A stretch of 64,000 nt of DNA. Origin: Verrucomicrobiota bacterium. Its GTDB lineage: Bacteria > Verrucomicrobiota > Verrucomicrobiia > Limisphaerales > CANJSG01. The first letter of the stretch is position 1. Each line of letters opens with the position of its first letter. The stretch lies in contig JBBQXJ010000003.1 in NCBI GenBank assembly GCA_038209745.1, positions 1 through 64,000 on the forward strand, written 5' to 3'. Shown here one piece after another: positions 1-8,127 of the stretch. The translations under genes and the position numbers were made by a program. The notes beneath the pieces were generated by a model. That model ran no database searches, was not told where the DNA came from, and worked only from the letters and a program-made list of their open reading frames with translations.

Positions 1-50
1 GCCGAGGGGGCCAGCGGGATGGGATCCGGAGACTGGTGCCCGGCGCCGAC

Positions 51-86
51 AAGAAAGCCGCCGGCCCTTTGCGAGGGCCGGCGGCT
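51..86 (-). terminator. Rho-independent terminator of the ECF sigma/anti-sigma/DUF4252 operon
   Basis: 13-bp stem AGCCGCCGGCCCT/AGGGCCGGCGGCT with 5-nt loop, followed by TTCTT on the minus strand, about 40 nt after the stop at 124. Confidence 0.75.
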
Positions 87-123
87 GCGAGGTTGAGTCT
101 GGGCGAGGAGGTTGTTGTTTTCG

Positions 124-801
124 TTACTTTGCCTTGGCGGACTCCTTGGCTGCTGCTGGGTCCTCGGACGGCGGCGTCTTGTCGCTCTCTTTCTTCGAGC
201 CGGCCTGGGTGGGCGCGTTCGTCGCGTTCATCAACTTCTCCATGAATTGCGGCGGCAGGCCTTTGAACTGGCTGGCGATCTTGAGCAGCTTCCCGATGGA
301 GACCTTGCCGACGATGTTGCCGATGATGGCGTCGTCGCCGTCGTAGATGATGACGGCCACGCCGGCCATGCCGTCGCCGGAGGCGTCGCCGATGGCGTAG
401 ACGCCGACGCCGCCGTCGGGGACGTTGACGATGGCGGTCCATTTGTCGCGGAGGACGGCGCGCAGTTCGGCGACGCCCTTGGCGATCTCGTCATGGTGGT
501 CCTTGTTGTTCTCGATGATCATGAGGCGGATCAGCTTCACGTCCTTGACCAGGTCCTTGAAGTCGATGCCGGTACCGGCGAGGGGATCGTTGGTGCTGCC
601 GTCGAAGCCCGCGGCCACGTCCATGAGCAGGAAGCGGGGGAGGTTCACGTTGACGGACGGAGTAATCGTCTTGGTGTCGATGACCTTGTCGATCGGGAGA
701 TACGCTGGGCTCTTCTCCACATCGGACTGGGCAAGGGCGGCGAGCGGCAGGGCGACAAGGAGCGCCAGGAGGCGCCAGGAATGGAGGAGGTTTGTTTTCA
801 T
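124..801 (-). CDS. DUF4252 family exported protein
   Basis: Signal peptide (LLALLVALPLAALA); VNVNLPRFLL, VKLIRL and IIGNIVGKVSIGKL blocks typical of DUF4252; ATGA overlap with the upstream gene. Confidence 0.75.
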   Translation of the reverse strand: MKTNLLHSWRLLALLVALPLAALAQSDVEKSPAYLPIDKVIDTKTITPSVNVNLPRFLLMDVAAGFDGSTNDPLAGTGIDFKDLVKDVKLIRLMIIENNKDHHDEIAKGVAELRAVLRDKWTAIVNVPDGGVGVYAIGDASGDGMAGVAVIIYDGDDAIIGNIVGKVSIGKLLKIASQFKGLPPQFMEKLMNATNAPTQAGSKKESDKTPPSEDPAAAKESAKAK

Positions 802-1196
802 TGGGGATCAGTGAGTTTGTTCTTGGTCTGGATGAAGGTGTTGCGGAGCGGGAGGACGGCGTCCCGGAGAAGGATGGGTTCGCCGCGATCAACGGCGTGT
901 TGGAGGGCGTAGCCGAAGACGGCGAAGGTCAACCGGGCTTCTTCGAAGACGGCCAGTTGTTCCTGGTGGGTCAGGGTCGGCGCGTCGGCCAAGGGAGGCA
1001 GGGTCCGATCCGGCCGCAGGCTGATTCCGATGGTGATGGCGAGCACGACGAGCGCGATTGCGGCGGCGTTGAGCCATGAACGACGGGTCCGGTGTTCGGG
1101 GTCGGCGTCGATCCGGCTCTGGACATTTTGGAGCACGGTCGGCGGGCACTTGAGGCGCCGAAGCTCCACTTTCAGTTGTTTCAGCTCTTCGTCCAT
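798..1196 (-). CDS. Putative single-pass anti-sigma factor
   Basis: One TM helix (AAAIALVVLAITIGISL); directly downstream of and overlapping the ECF sigma gene. Confidence 0.65.
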   Translation of the reverse strand: MDEELKQLKVELRRLKCPPTVLQNVQSRIDADPEHRTRRSWLNAAAIALVVLAITIGISLRPDRTLPPLADAPTLTHQEQLAVFEEARLTFAVFGYALQHAVDRGEPILLRDAVLPLRNTFIQTKNKLTDPQ

Positions 1197-1708
1197 GTGG
1201 GGTCCTCGGTGAGAAGTTGCTGGAGACGGGCGCGGGCGCGGGAGAGGTAGACCTTCACGGTGTTGAGCGGGAGGCCGAGCGTCTCGGCGATGTCCCGGTA
1301 GCGGAGGTCGTGGAGTTCATAGAGCACGAAGACGCTGCGCAGCGTTTCGGGGAGGCGCTGGATGGCGGTGTTCAGGCGGCCGGTGTGGAACGCGGAGTCG
1401 GCCTGCTGGACGGGATCCGCGACCGAGTCGTCGGGCACGGCTTCCAGAGTGTCGTCGGCCACGCTGACGGGGGAGTAGCGGGCATTGCGGCGGCGGATCT
1501 GGTCGAGGCAGAGATTGCGGGTGGTGCGGAAGAGCCAGGGCCGGGCGTGGAGAACCGGGACGTCCGCGATGTTCTTCCAGAGCCGGAAGAGCGCTTCTTG
1601 AGCGGCGTCTTCCGCATCGGCGCCGTTGCCGAGAATCGACCGCGCATAGCGGTAGATCTCGTCGCGGTGGCGATGGCACAGAAGCTTGAATTCCAGCTCT
1701 CGAATCAT
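1181..1708 (-). CDS. ECF RNA polymerase sigma-70 factor
   Basis: Region 2 DAEDAAQEALFRLW...WLFRTTRNLCLD; region 4 LRYRDIAETLGLPLNTVKVYLSRAR; start taken at ATG 1708. Confidence 0.93.
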   Translation of the reverse strand: MIRELEFKLLCHRHRDEIYRYARSILGNGADAEDAAQEALFRLWKNIADVPVLHARPWLFRTTRNLCLDQIRRRNARYSPVSVADDTLEAVPDDSVADPVQQADSAFHTGRLNTAIQRLPETLRSVFVLYELHDLRYRDIAETLGLPLNTVKVYLSRARARLQQLLTEDPTWTKS

Positions 1709-1720
1709 TCGTTCTGCCCA

Positions 1721-1750
1721 GACAACGAGGTCGGGTAGCCGATTGTTACA
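1721..1750 (-). promoter_or_regulatory. Putative autoregulatory ECF promoter (TGTAAC-N17-CGTT)
   Basis: Minus strand reads TGTAAC aatcggctacccgacct CGTTGTC just upstream of the sigma ATG, matching the AAC/CGT ECF promoter pattern. Confidence 0.5.
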
Positions 1751-1814
1751 AGGGAGACGACTTTTTTTGGGGGAAAGCGGCGGTTCCGAGGGGGTGCAGG
1801 AGCGTTCAGAACCG

Positions 1815-1830
1815 TGGCACGTGCCCTGCA
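1815..1830 (+). promoter_or_regulatory. Putative sigma-54 (-24/-12) promoter of prepilin triplet 1
   Basis: TGGCACGTGCCCTGCA: GG-N10-GC spacing, one mismatch to TGGCACG-N4-TTGCA. Confidence 0.6.
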
Positions 1831-1894
1831 TCGTTCTTAAAGTTGCAAAAGCTCCCGTCCGATGGACTGGGAGCGGTTGGTTTCGTGCAGTTCA

Positions 1895-2449
1895 ATGATC
1901 ATTCGACTACATATTCGTGATGGGAAACCCCCTTTGAACCGGGGTTCGGAGGCGTTTTCACTGATCGAGGTGGTCATCGCCCTGGCGGTGTCGGCCATCT
2001 CCATTCTCGGAATCGTCGAGGGCTACGTCTTCACCGCGAAACGAGCCGAATGGTCGGCCTACAATCTCGCGGCGCAGTCGTTGGCGGTGCAGCGGCTGGA
2101 GCAGGCCCGGGCGGCCAAGTGGGACAGGCTGGCCACTCCCACGGTCGACGAACTGGTTTCGGCCAATTTCCCGACAGTGGTCAACATCCTCGACATCCCG
2201 GTGACGGCGAACGGGGACGCGAGCGGCTTGGCGGCTCAATTCCCCGCTACCCTGGCGGCGGCGGCGGCCCTGACGGCCTATGCCCGGACCAACGACATTA
2301 CTTTTGTCTACGCCACGAACTACACCTCCATCTGGAGCGTGAGCGCGAACCCGCCTCTCAAGGCCGTCCAGGTGGACTGCGTCTGGGGCTTCCTCAGCCG
2401 TGGCCTGTTCACGAACACGGTCATCACCTACCGGGCCCCCGACCAATGA
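1895..2449 (+). CDS. Prepilin-type N-terminal cleavage/methylation protein (PilV-like), triplet 1
   Basis: A|FSLIEVVIALAV class III signal with E5; alternative start 1862; paralog of 49982..50440. Confidence 0.85.
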   Translation: MIIRLHIRDGKPPLNRGSEAFSLIEVVIALAVSAISILGIVEGYVFTAKRAEWSAYNLAAQSLAVQRLEQARAAKWDRLATPTVDELVSANFPTVVNILDIPVTANGDASGLAAQFPATLAAAAALTAYARTNDITFVYATNYTSIWSVSANPPLKAVQVDCVWGFLSRGLFTNTVITYRAPDQ

Positions 2450-3066
2450 ACATTTCACCGCGACAGGCCCCGCTACAGGGAAGCATCCGTGGCATGGCCG
2501 CGTTCACGCTGCCGGAGTTCATGGTGACGATGGTGATCTTCATATTCGTCATCGGCGGGGTCATCGCCAGCCACATCTATGGGCTGAAGATGTTCCAGTT
2601 GGCGCGTTCGAAGCTCGGGGCGAGCGACGAGGCGCGCCGCGCGGTGGGGATGCTGACGGAGGAGATCCGCACGGCCAAGACCATCAAGATCGGCACGGGC
2701 GGTCTTGGGTCCTTCGTCGGGATCGGAACGGGCTCGGCCCAGAGGGGGAACGCGATCCAGATCTATCCGACCTCTGCGACGAACGCGTTCATACGCTACT
2801 TCTGGGATGGATCGGATCGTCGGTTGAAGCGGACGACCAACGGCCTGAACTACGCCAGCGTGGTGGCCAACGCGGTCAGCAACACCGTGGTCTTCGCGGC
2901 CGAGGACCACCTTGGAAACACTCTCACCAACAACCAGAACAACCGGGTGATCGGTCTGACTCTGCAGTTCTACCAGCTCCAGTATCCCGCCGTGGCGATC
3001 GGGTCCGGCGGACTCTACGACTTCTACCAACTGCGCACCCGGATCACCCGGCGATCCCTCGAATGA
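2446..3066 (+). CDS. Prepilin-type protein (PilW/PulJ-like), triplet 1
   Basis: A|FTLPEFMVTMVIF signal; ATGA overlap with the preceding gene; paralog of 50437..51063. Confidence 0.85.
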   Translation: MNISPRQAPLQGSIRGMAAFTLPEFMVTMVIFIFVIGGVIASHIYGLKMFQLARSKLGASDEARRAVGMLTEEIRTAKTIKIGTGGLGSFVGIGTGSAQRGNAIQIYPTSATNAFIRYFWDGSDRRLKRTTNGLNYASVVANAVSNTVVFAAEDHLGNTLTNNQNNRVIGLTLQFYQLQYPAVAIGSGGLYDFYQLRTRITRRSLE

Positions 3067-3067
3067 C

Positions 3068-4819
3068 ATGAAGACCCATCTGCAACCTTTCTCCGGTCTC
3101 CGGAGGAAATCCGGCTACGCGCTCGTCCTGGTCGTGGGCTTCGCCGCGATCAGCCTGGTCACGCTGGCCGGACTGATGAGCTGGTCCAACACGAACACCC
3201 GGCTCATCGAACGCAACAACCAGTTTTTCTCCTCGCAGTTGGCGGCGGAGGCGGCGACGGAAAAAGTGTTGTCGCAGGTCGCGTCGGACTTCCAGGCCGG
3301 CGGCGAGGCGGCGGTGTATGCGAACCTGGCGAACTACCGGCTCCTGGTGCCGACCCCGGCCGAGACGACGGCCTGGGACGACTACGAATTCAACAACGCG
3401 GCCGGCGCCGTGGCCCGCACCTACGTGGCCCGGGGATATGCCAACGTCTACACCAATCTCGCGTCCCAGTATTCGGGGCTCCGGGGCATGGCCTCGACCT
3501 ACCGGGTGATCTCGAACGCCCGCAACACGTCCGCTTCCGCCAACTTTGGAGCCATCGCCCAGGAGGTGCAGGTGGCCACGGTGCCGGTCTACCAGTTTGC
3601 CATTTTCTACAATCTCAACATGGAGATCCAGCCGGGCGCCAACATGGCGGTCAACGGCCGGGTCCACTCCAACGCCGGCATCTACGTCGATCCGGGGGCG
3701 ACGCTCACCTTTAACAGCGATGTGACCGCCGTCGGCCAGATCAACAGCGGCAAGGCTCCGGGCGACAGCCGCAGCGCGTCCTCCGGCACGGAGGTCTACA
3801 AGGGATCGAAGGACGCGAAGGTCGCCGCCTTGACCCTTCCGATCGGGACCAACAACACCGCCGCCGCCGTCCGGGCGATCATCGAGGTGCCGCCCGCATC
3901 GGAGAGCCTGACTTCCGCCATGGGCCAGCAGCGGCTCTACAACAAGGCCGACATCGTCATCAACGTCACCAACAACGCCATCACCATCACCTCGGGTCCC
4001 AATGCGGCGTCTCCTCTGACGAAGATCACGACGAACACCACGATCATCAACAACTTGGTGAAGACCAACGCCTCCTTCGTCGACAATCGCGAGCTCAAGA
4101 TCGCCCGGCCCGTCGACGTCAGTGTCAGCTCCCTCACGAACGTCATCAACCTGATCAACTCGAATCCGAGCCTGCGCACCAGCGCCGCCGGTGCGGGCTA
4201 CGTGGTCTACGTGAACGACACCCGTACGCTGCCCATCGGCCAGTTGAACGCGGTGCGCGTACAAAACGGGGCGATTCTGCCCGCGGGCGGTCTCACCGTC
4301 GCCACCTTCCGGCCGATGTATGTGCAGGGCCACTTCAACGCCCCCACCACCACCGAGCAGGGCACCACGAACACGCTCAATACGAAGCCCGCTTCCCTCG
4401 TGGGTGACGCCATCACAGTCCTCTCCCAAAACTGGACCGACCTCACCAGCATCCTGGTTCTTCCCATCGCCGGCGATACCACGGTCAACGCGGCGTTCCT
4501 CGCCGGCATCGTCGAGACGCCCACCTACCTCAGCTACAGCGGCGGAGTGGAGAACTATCCCCGTTTCCTTGAGAACTGGAGCGGCAAGAACATGACCTAC
4601 AACGGCTCGATGGTCGTCATGTTCTCCAGCAAATACGCCACCGGGAAATGGCTCTACGGCGGCAACATCTATACCGCGCCGAACCGGAACTGGGCCTTCG
4701 ACCTGAACTTCCTCGATCCCACCAGGCTTCCTCCCGCCACGCCCCAGGTCCGCACGCTCATCCGGGGTTCGTGGCAGATCCTCGCGGCGGGCACGACGAA
4801 CATGCCCGTCACCCTCTGA
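3068..4819 (+). CDS. Large PilX/GspK-like pilin-associated protein, triplet 1
   Basis: G|YALVLVVGF hydrophobic N-terminus lacking E5, AAEAATE helix, then a ~500-aa beta-rich Thr/Asn-rich body; paralog of 51068..52828. Confidence 0.75.
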   Translation: MKTHLQPFSGLRRKSGYALVLVVGFAAISLVTLAGLMSWSNTNTRLIERNNQFFSSQLAAEAATEKVLSQVASDFQAGGEAAVYANLANYRLLVPTPAETTAWDDYEFNNAAGAVARTYVARGYANVYTNLASQYSGLRGMASTYRVISNARNTSASANFGAIAQEVQVATVPVYQFAIFYNLNMEIQPGANMAVNGRVHSNAGIYVDPGATLTFNSDVTAVGQINSGKAPGDSRSASSGTEVYKGSKDAKVAALTLPIGTNNTAAAVRAIIEVPPASESLTSAMGQQRLYNKADIVINVTNNAITITSGPNAASPLTKITTNTTIINNLVKTNASFVDNRELKIARPVDVSVSSLTNVINLINSNPSLRTSAAGAGYVVYVNDTRTLPIGQLNAVRVQNGAILPAGGLTVATFRPMYVQGHFNAPTTTEQGTTNTLNTKPASLVGDAITVLSQNWTDLTSILVLPIAGDTTVNAAFLAGIVETPTYLSYSGGVENYPRFLENWSGKNMTYNGSMVVMFSSKYATGKWLYGGNIYTAPNRNWAFDLNFLDPTRLPPATPQVRTLIRGSWQILAAGTTNMPVTL

Positions 4820-4846
4820 TCCGCATTCTTGCGGCCGTGGCTTCGG

Positions 4847-6559
4847 TCAATAACCCGCCGCCATTCCGTCTTTGCGCGATTCGCTCGCGCCGATCCACAC
4901 GCGGTTCGTCGGATCCCACTTGATCGCCTGGTAGCCGCCAAAGGCGGCAATGCTCGTGGCGGAGATCCGGTGGCCGAGCTTGTGGAGATCCCGGATGGAT
5001 TCGGCCGGAAAACCCGCCTCAAGATTCACGGTTCCTCCGTCGGTCATTTCCTCGCCCGTGGGTTCGCTGGAACCGGTGTGGTAGATGCGCGGTGCGTCGC
5101 CGGCTTCCTGGAGGTTCATCCCGAAGTCGATATGGTTGATCAACACCTGCACGTGGCCTTGGGGCTGCATGTCGCCCCCCATCACTCCGAAGGCCATGTA
5201 GGGCTCGCCGGCCTTGGTCACGAAGCCGGGAATGATCGTGTGGAACGGGCGCTTGTGCGGGCCGTAGCTGTTGGGCCGGCCGGGCTTGAGATCGAAGCAT
5301 TCACCGCGGTCCTGGAGGCCGAACCCCAGGCCGGGAGGCACCATGCCGCTGCCCATGCCGCGGTAGTTGCTCTGGATGAACGACACCATCATGCCGCCCG
5401 CATCGGCGACACAGAGATAGACAGTGTCGCTGGTCCGCAACGCGGGAACGCCGGAGTCATACCGGCGGGCGGCGTGGTCCGGTTGGATGAGCGCGCGGCG
5501 TTTGGCGGCGTAGCCTTTCGAGTTCAGTTCGGCGATCGGCGTCCTGTAGAAATCAGGATCGGCGTAGAGCCGGGCGCGGTCCTCGAAGGCCAGCTTCTTC
5601 GCTTCGATGAAGGCGTGCATCGCCGCGGTGCTGCCGAAGCCCAGGCCCTTGAGATCATAGCCCTCGAGGATGTTCAGCATTTGCAGCACGGAAAGGCCCT
5701 GCCCATTCGGTGGCAGTTCCCAGACCTCGTAGCCGCGATACGTCGTGGAGATCGGCTCGACCCATTCCGAGCGATGGTCCGCGAAGTCGCGTTCGCCGAG
5801 GTAGCCGCCTTGCGCCTTGATGAAGGCCGAGACCGTCCGGGCAATGTCGCCCCGATAGAAGGCGACGCGTCCGCCGGTGGAAATCTTCTCCAAGGTGTCG
5901 CCGAGCGCCGGATTGCGGAACATCTCGCCCTTCGCGGGCGGGTGGCCGTTCGGCGCCCAGAGATCCGTCACGTTCGGATACGCGGCGAGGATTCGGACAT
6001 TGCGGGCCCAACCCTCGGCGATCACCTCGGTGAGCGGGAAGCCGTCGCGCGCATAGCGGATGGCCGGGGCGAGATTCGTCGCCATCGGCACGCGGCCAAA
6101 CCGGGCGTGCAGCGTGAACCAGCCATCGACGCAGCCGGGGACGGTCACCGGGAGCGGGCCGAAGCTGGGGATGTTCGTCAGGCCGCGTTTTTGAAGTTCG
6201 GCCAACGTCAGATCATAGGGGGAACGCCCGCTGGCGTTCAGGCCATGGAGCTTCTTCGTCGCGGGATCCCAGACGAGGGCGAACAGGTCGCCGCCCACGC
6301 CGGCCCCGGTCGGTTCCATCAGACCCAGGCAGGCGTCGGCCGCGATGGCGGCGTCCACCGCCGAACCGCCGGCCTGGAGGACGTCCAGCGCGGCTTGGGT
6401 GGCGAGCGGCTGGCTGGTGCAGACCATCGCGTGCGGCGCGAGGGTCTCCGAACGCGTGCTGAAACCGTGGCCGGTCGGTCGCAGGGCCGCCATGGAGGAG
6501 AAGGCCGCCGAAGCGGTGGCGAGGAAGGTCGCCTTTCTGAGCAAGGGGAGCAGTCGCAT
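4847..6559 (-). CDS. ggt: Gamma-glutamyltransferase
   Basis: GGSAVDAAIA, GVGGDLF, autocleavage DTVY, SFIQSNY, RPFHTIIP, GVMGGDMQPQG and SESRKDG motifs; signal peptide. Confidence 0.93.
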   Translation of the reverse strand: MRLLPLLRKATFLATASAAFSSMAALRPTGHGFSTRSETLAPHAMVCTSQPLATQAALDVLQAGGSAVDAAIAADACLGLMEPTGAGVGGDLFALVWDPATKKLHGLNASGRSPYDLTLAELQKRGLTNIPSFGPLPVTVPGCVDGWFTLHARFGRVPMATNLAPAIRYARDGFPLTEVIAEGWARNVRILAAYPNVTDLWAPNGHPPAKGEMFRNPALGDTLEKISTGGRVAFYRGDIARTVSAFIKAQGGYLGERDFADHRSEWVEPISTTYRGYEVWELPPNGQGLSVLQMLNILEGYDLKGLGFGSTAAMHAFIEAKKLAFEDRARLYADPDFYRTPIAELNSKGYAAKRRALIQPDHAARRYDSGVPALRTSDTVYLCVADAGGMMVSFIQSNYRGMGSGMVPPGLGFGLQDRGECFDLKPGRPNSYGPHKRPFHTIIPGFVTKAGEPYMAFGVMGGDMQPQGHVQVLINHIDFGMNLQEAGDAPRIYHTGSSEPTGEEMTDGGTVNLEAGFPAESIRDLHKLGHRISATSIAAFGGYQAIKWDPTNRVWIGASESRKDGMAAGY

Positions 6560-6602
6560 GAGCCTGTCTTTCCAGGGAACCGGCCGGACGCCCGTTGCGC
6601 CG

Positions 6603-8102
6603 TCAGTTCGATTTCGTCTCTGCTGGGCCGGTCATCGGCTTCAGCGTCAGCGGATCGCGCAGCGGCACTTCTGTGACCGGGCCAAAGCTTTTGAGCGTGA
6701 CGTCGTGGGTCGGGTGCCCTTTCTCGATGTCTTCCTTCTGGCCGACGATCACGACGACGAGATGGTTCGTGGAGAGCCACTTCTCGGCGACGCGTTGGAC
6801 GTCGGCGCGGGTCACGGCGTTGAGCCGGTCGCGGTAGGTCTTCCAGAAGTCCGGCTCCTTCGCGTAGCGGCCGGTGAATTCGTCCTGGGCAAAGGTTCCG
6901 GCGACGGCGCCCTTCGTCGCGAACATGCGCGGGAACACCTCGGTGAAGTATTTCTTGGTGGTGTCGATCTCCTCCTCGTCGACCGGCTTCTGGCGGATCT
7001 TCTCCACCTCCTGCTCCACGATCGACATGGCGTAGGCCACGGTCGGGGACTTGGACTGGAAGCTGGTGCTGATGGGTTCCGGATAATAGACGCCGCCGGG
7101 CACGCTGGAGCGGACCGAGTAGGCCAGGCCCTCGTCGGAGCGGATGCGGTTGACGAGGCGCGAGGTGAAGCCGCCGCCGCCGAGGATGTAGTTCATCACC
7201 CGCATGGCCACGAAGTCCGGGTCGTCGCGCTTCATCCCGGGGATCATCATGGTGACGCGGCCCTGGTTGACGTCCTTGTTCACCAGATAGACGCCCGGTG
7301 CGGCCATCGTGGGATCGGCCAGCACCGGCGGCGGGGCTTCGCCCTGGAACGGCCAGTCGGCGAAGAGCTTCTCCAGCTTGGCCACCATGGCGTCGCGGTC
7401 GAAGTCGCCGTTGACCGCCACGACAAAGTTTTGCGGGGCGAACCAGCGGCGGTGGAACGCCTGCAGGTCCTCCTTGGTGATCCCTTCGATCGACGCCTGG
7501 GTCGGGAGACGGTTGGCCCAGAAATTTTCACCGTAGGCCAGGTAGGAGGTCTCGCGGGCTTCGATGCCGGCGGACTCGTCGTTCCGCTGCTTCATCGCCT
7601 GCAAAGTCTGCTGCTTGTAGAGGGTGATCTTGTCTTCCTGGAAGCGCGGCTGGGTGAGGGCGTCGCGCAGGATGCCGAGCCCTTCGTCGAGATCCTTGGA
7701 CAGGAGGTTCATCGACACCGAACCCTGGTCGTCGCCGACGGAGCTGCCGAAGTTGGCGGCCAGGAAGGCGAGCTGTTCCTCGAGATCCTCCGCCGACTTC
7801 GAAGCGGTGCCGCCGCGGGCGATGAGATAGCCGGCCATGCCGGCGACGCCCTCTTTGCCTGCCGGCTCCAGGTATTGACCGGTGCGGATGGAGAGGTTGA
7901 TGGAAACCAACGGCAGCTCGTGGTCAGGCACGACGTAGGCGACCGGGCCGGACTTGAGCGCGACGCGGTAGTCCGCCGGGTTCGGCGGATTGTAGGTCAA
8001 CGGCGGGTAGACGAGCTTTTCCGGCCGGTCGGGAATGTCGGCGGCGTGGAGCGCGTGGGCGGCGGTCAGGGCGGCGAGTCCGAGGCGAAGAAGGGATTTC
8101 AT
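6603..8102 (-). CDS. M16 (pitrilysin) family peptidase, non-catalytic subunit
   Basis: Signal peptide; PDHELPLV and ILGGGGFTSRLVNRIRSDEGLAYSV blocks; no HxxEH. Confidence 0.88.
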   Translation of the reverse strand: MKSLLRLGLAALTAAHALHAADIPDRPEKLVYPPLTYNPPNPADYRVALKSGPVAYVVPDHELPLVSINLSIRTGQYLEPAGKEGVAGMAGYLIARGGTASKSAEDLEEQLAFLAANFGSSVGDDQGSVSMNLLSKDLDEGLGILRDALTQPRFQEDKITLYKQQTLQAMKQRNDESAGIEARETSYLAYGENFWANRLPTQASIEGITKEDLQAFHRRWFAPQNFVVAVNGDFDRDAMVAKLEKLFADWPFQGEAPPPVLADPTMAAPGVYLVNKDVNQGRVTMMIPGMKRDDPDFVAMRVMNYILGGGGFTSRLVNRIRSDEGLAYSVRSSVPGGVYYPEPISTSFQSKSPTVAYAMSIVEQEVEKIRQKPVDEEEIDTTKKYFTEVFPRMFATKGAVAGTFAQDEFTGRYAKEPDFWKTYRDRLNAVTRADVQRVAEKWLSTNHLVVVIVGQKEDIEKGHPTHDVTLKSFGPVTEVPLRDPLTLKPMTGPAETKSN

Positions 8103-8127
8103 GTCGGGGAAGATCTGGGCTGGGAGG

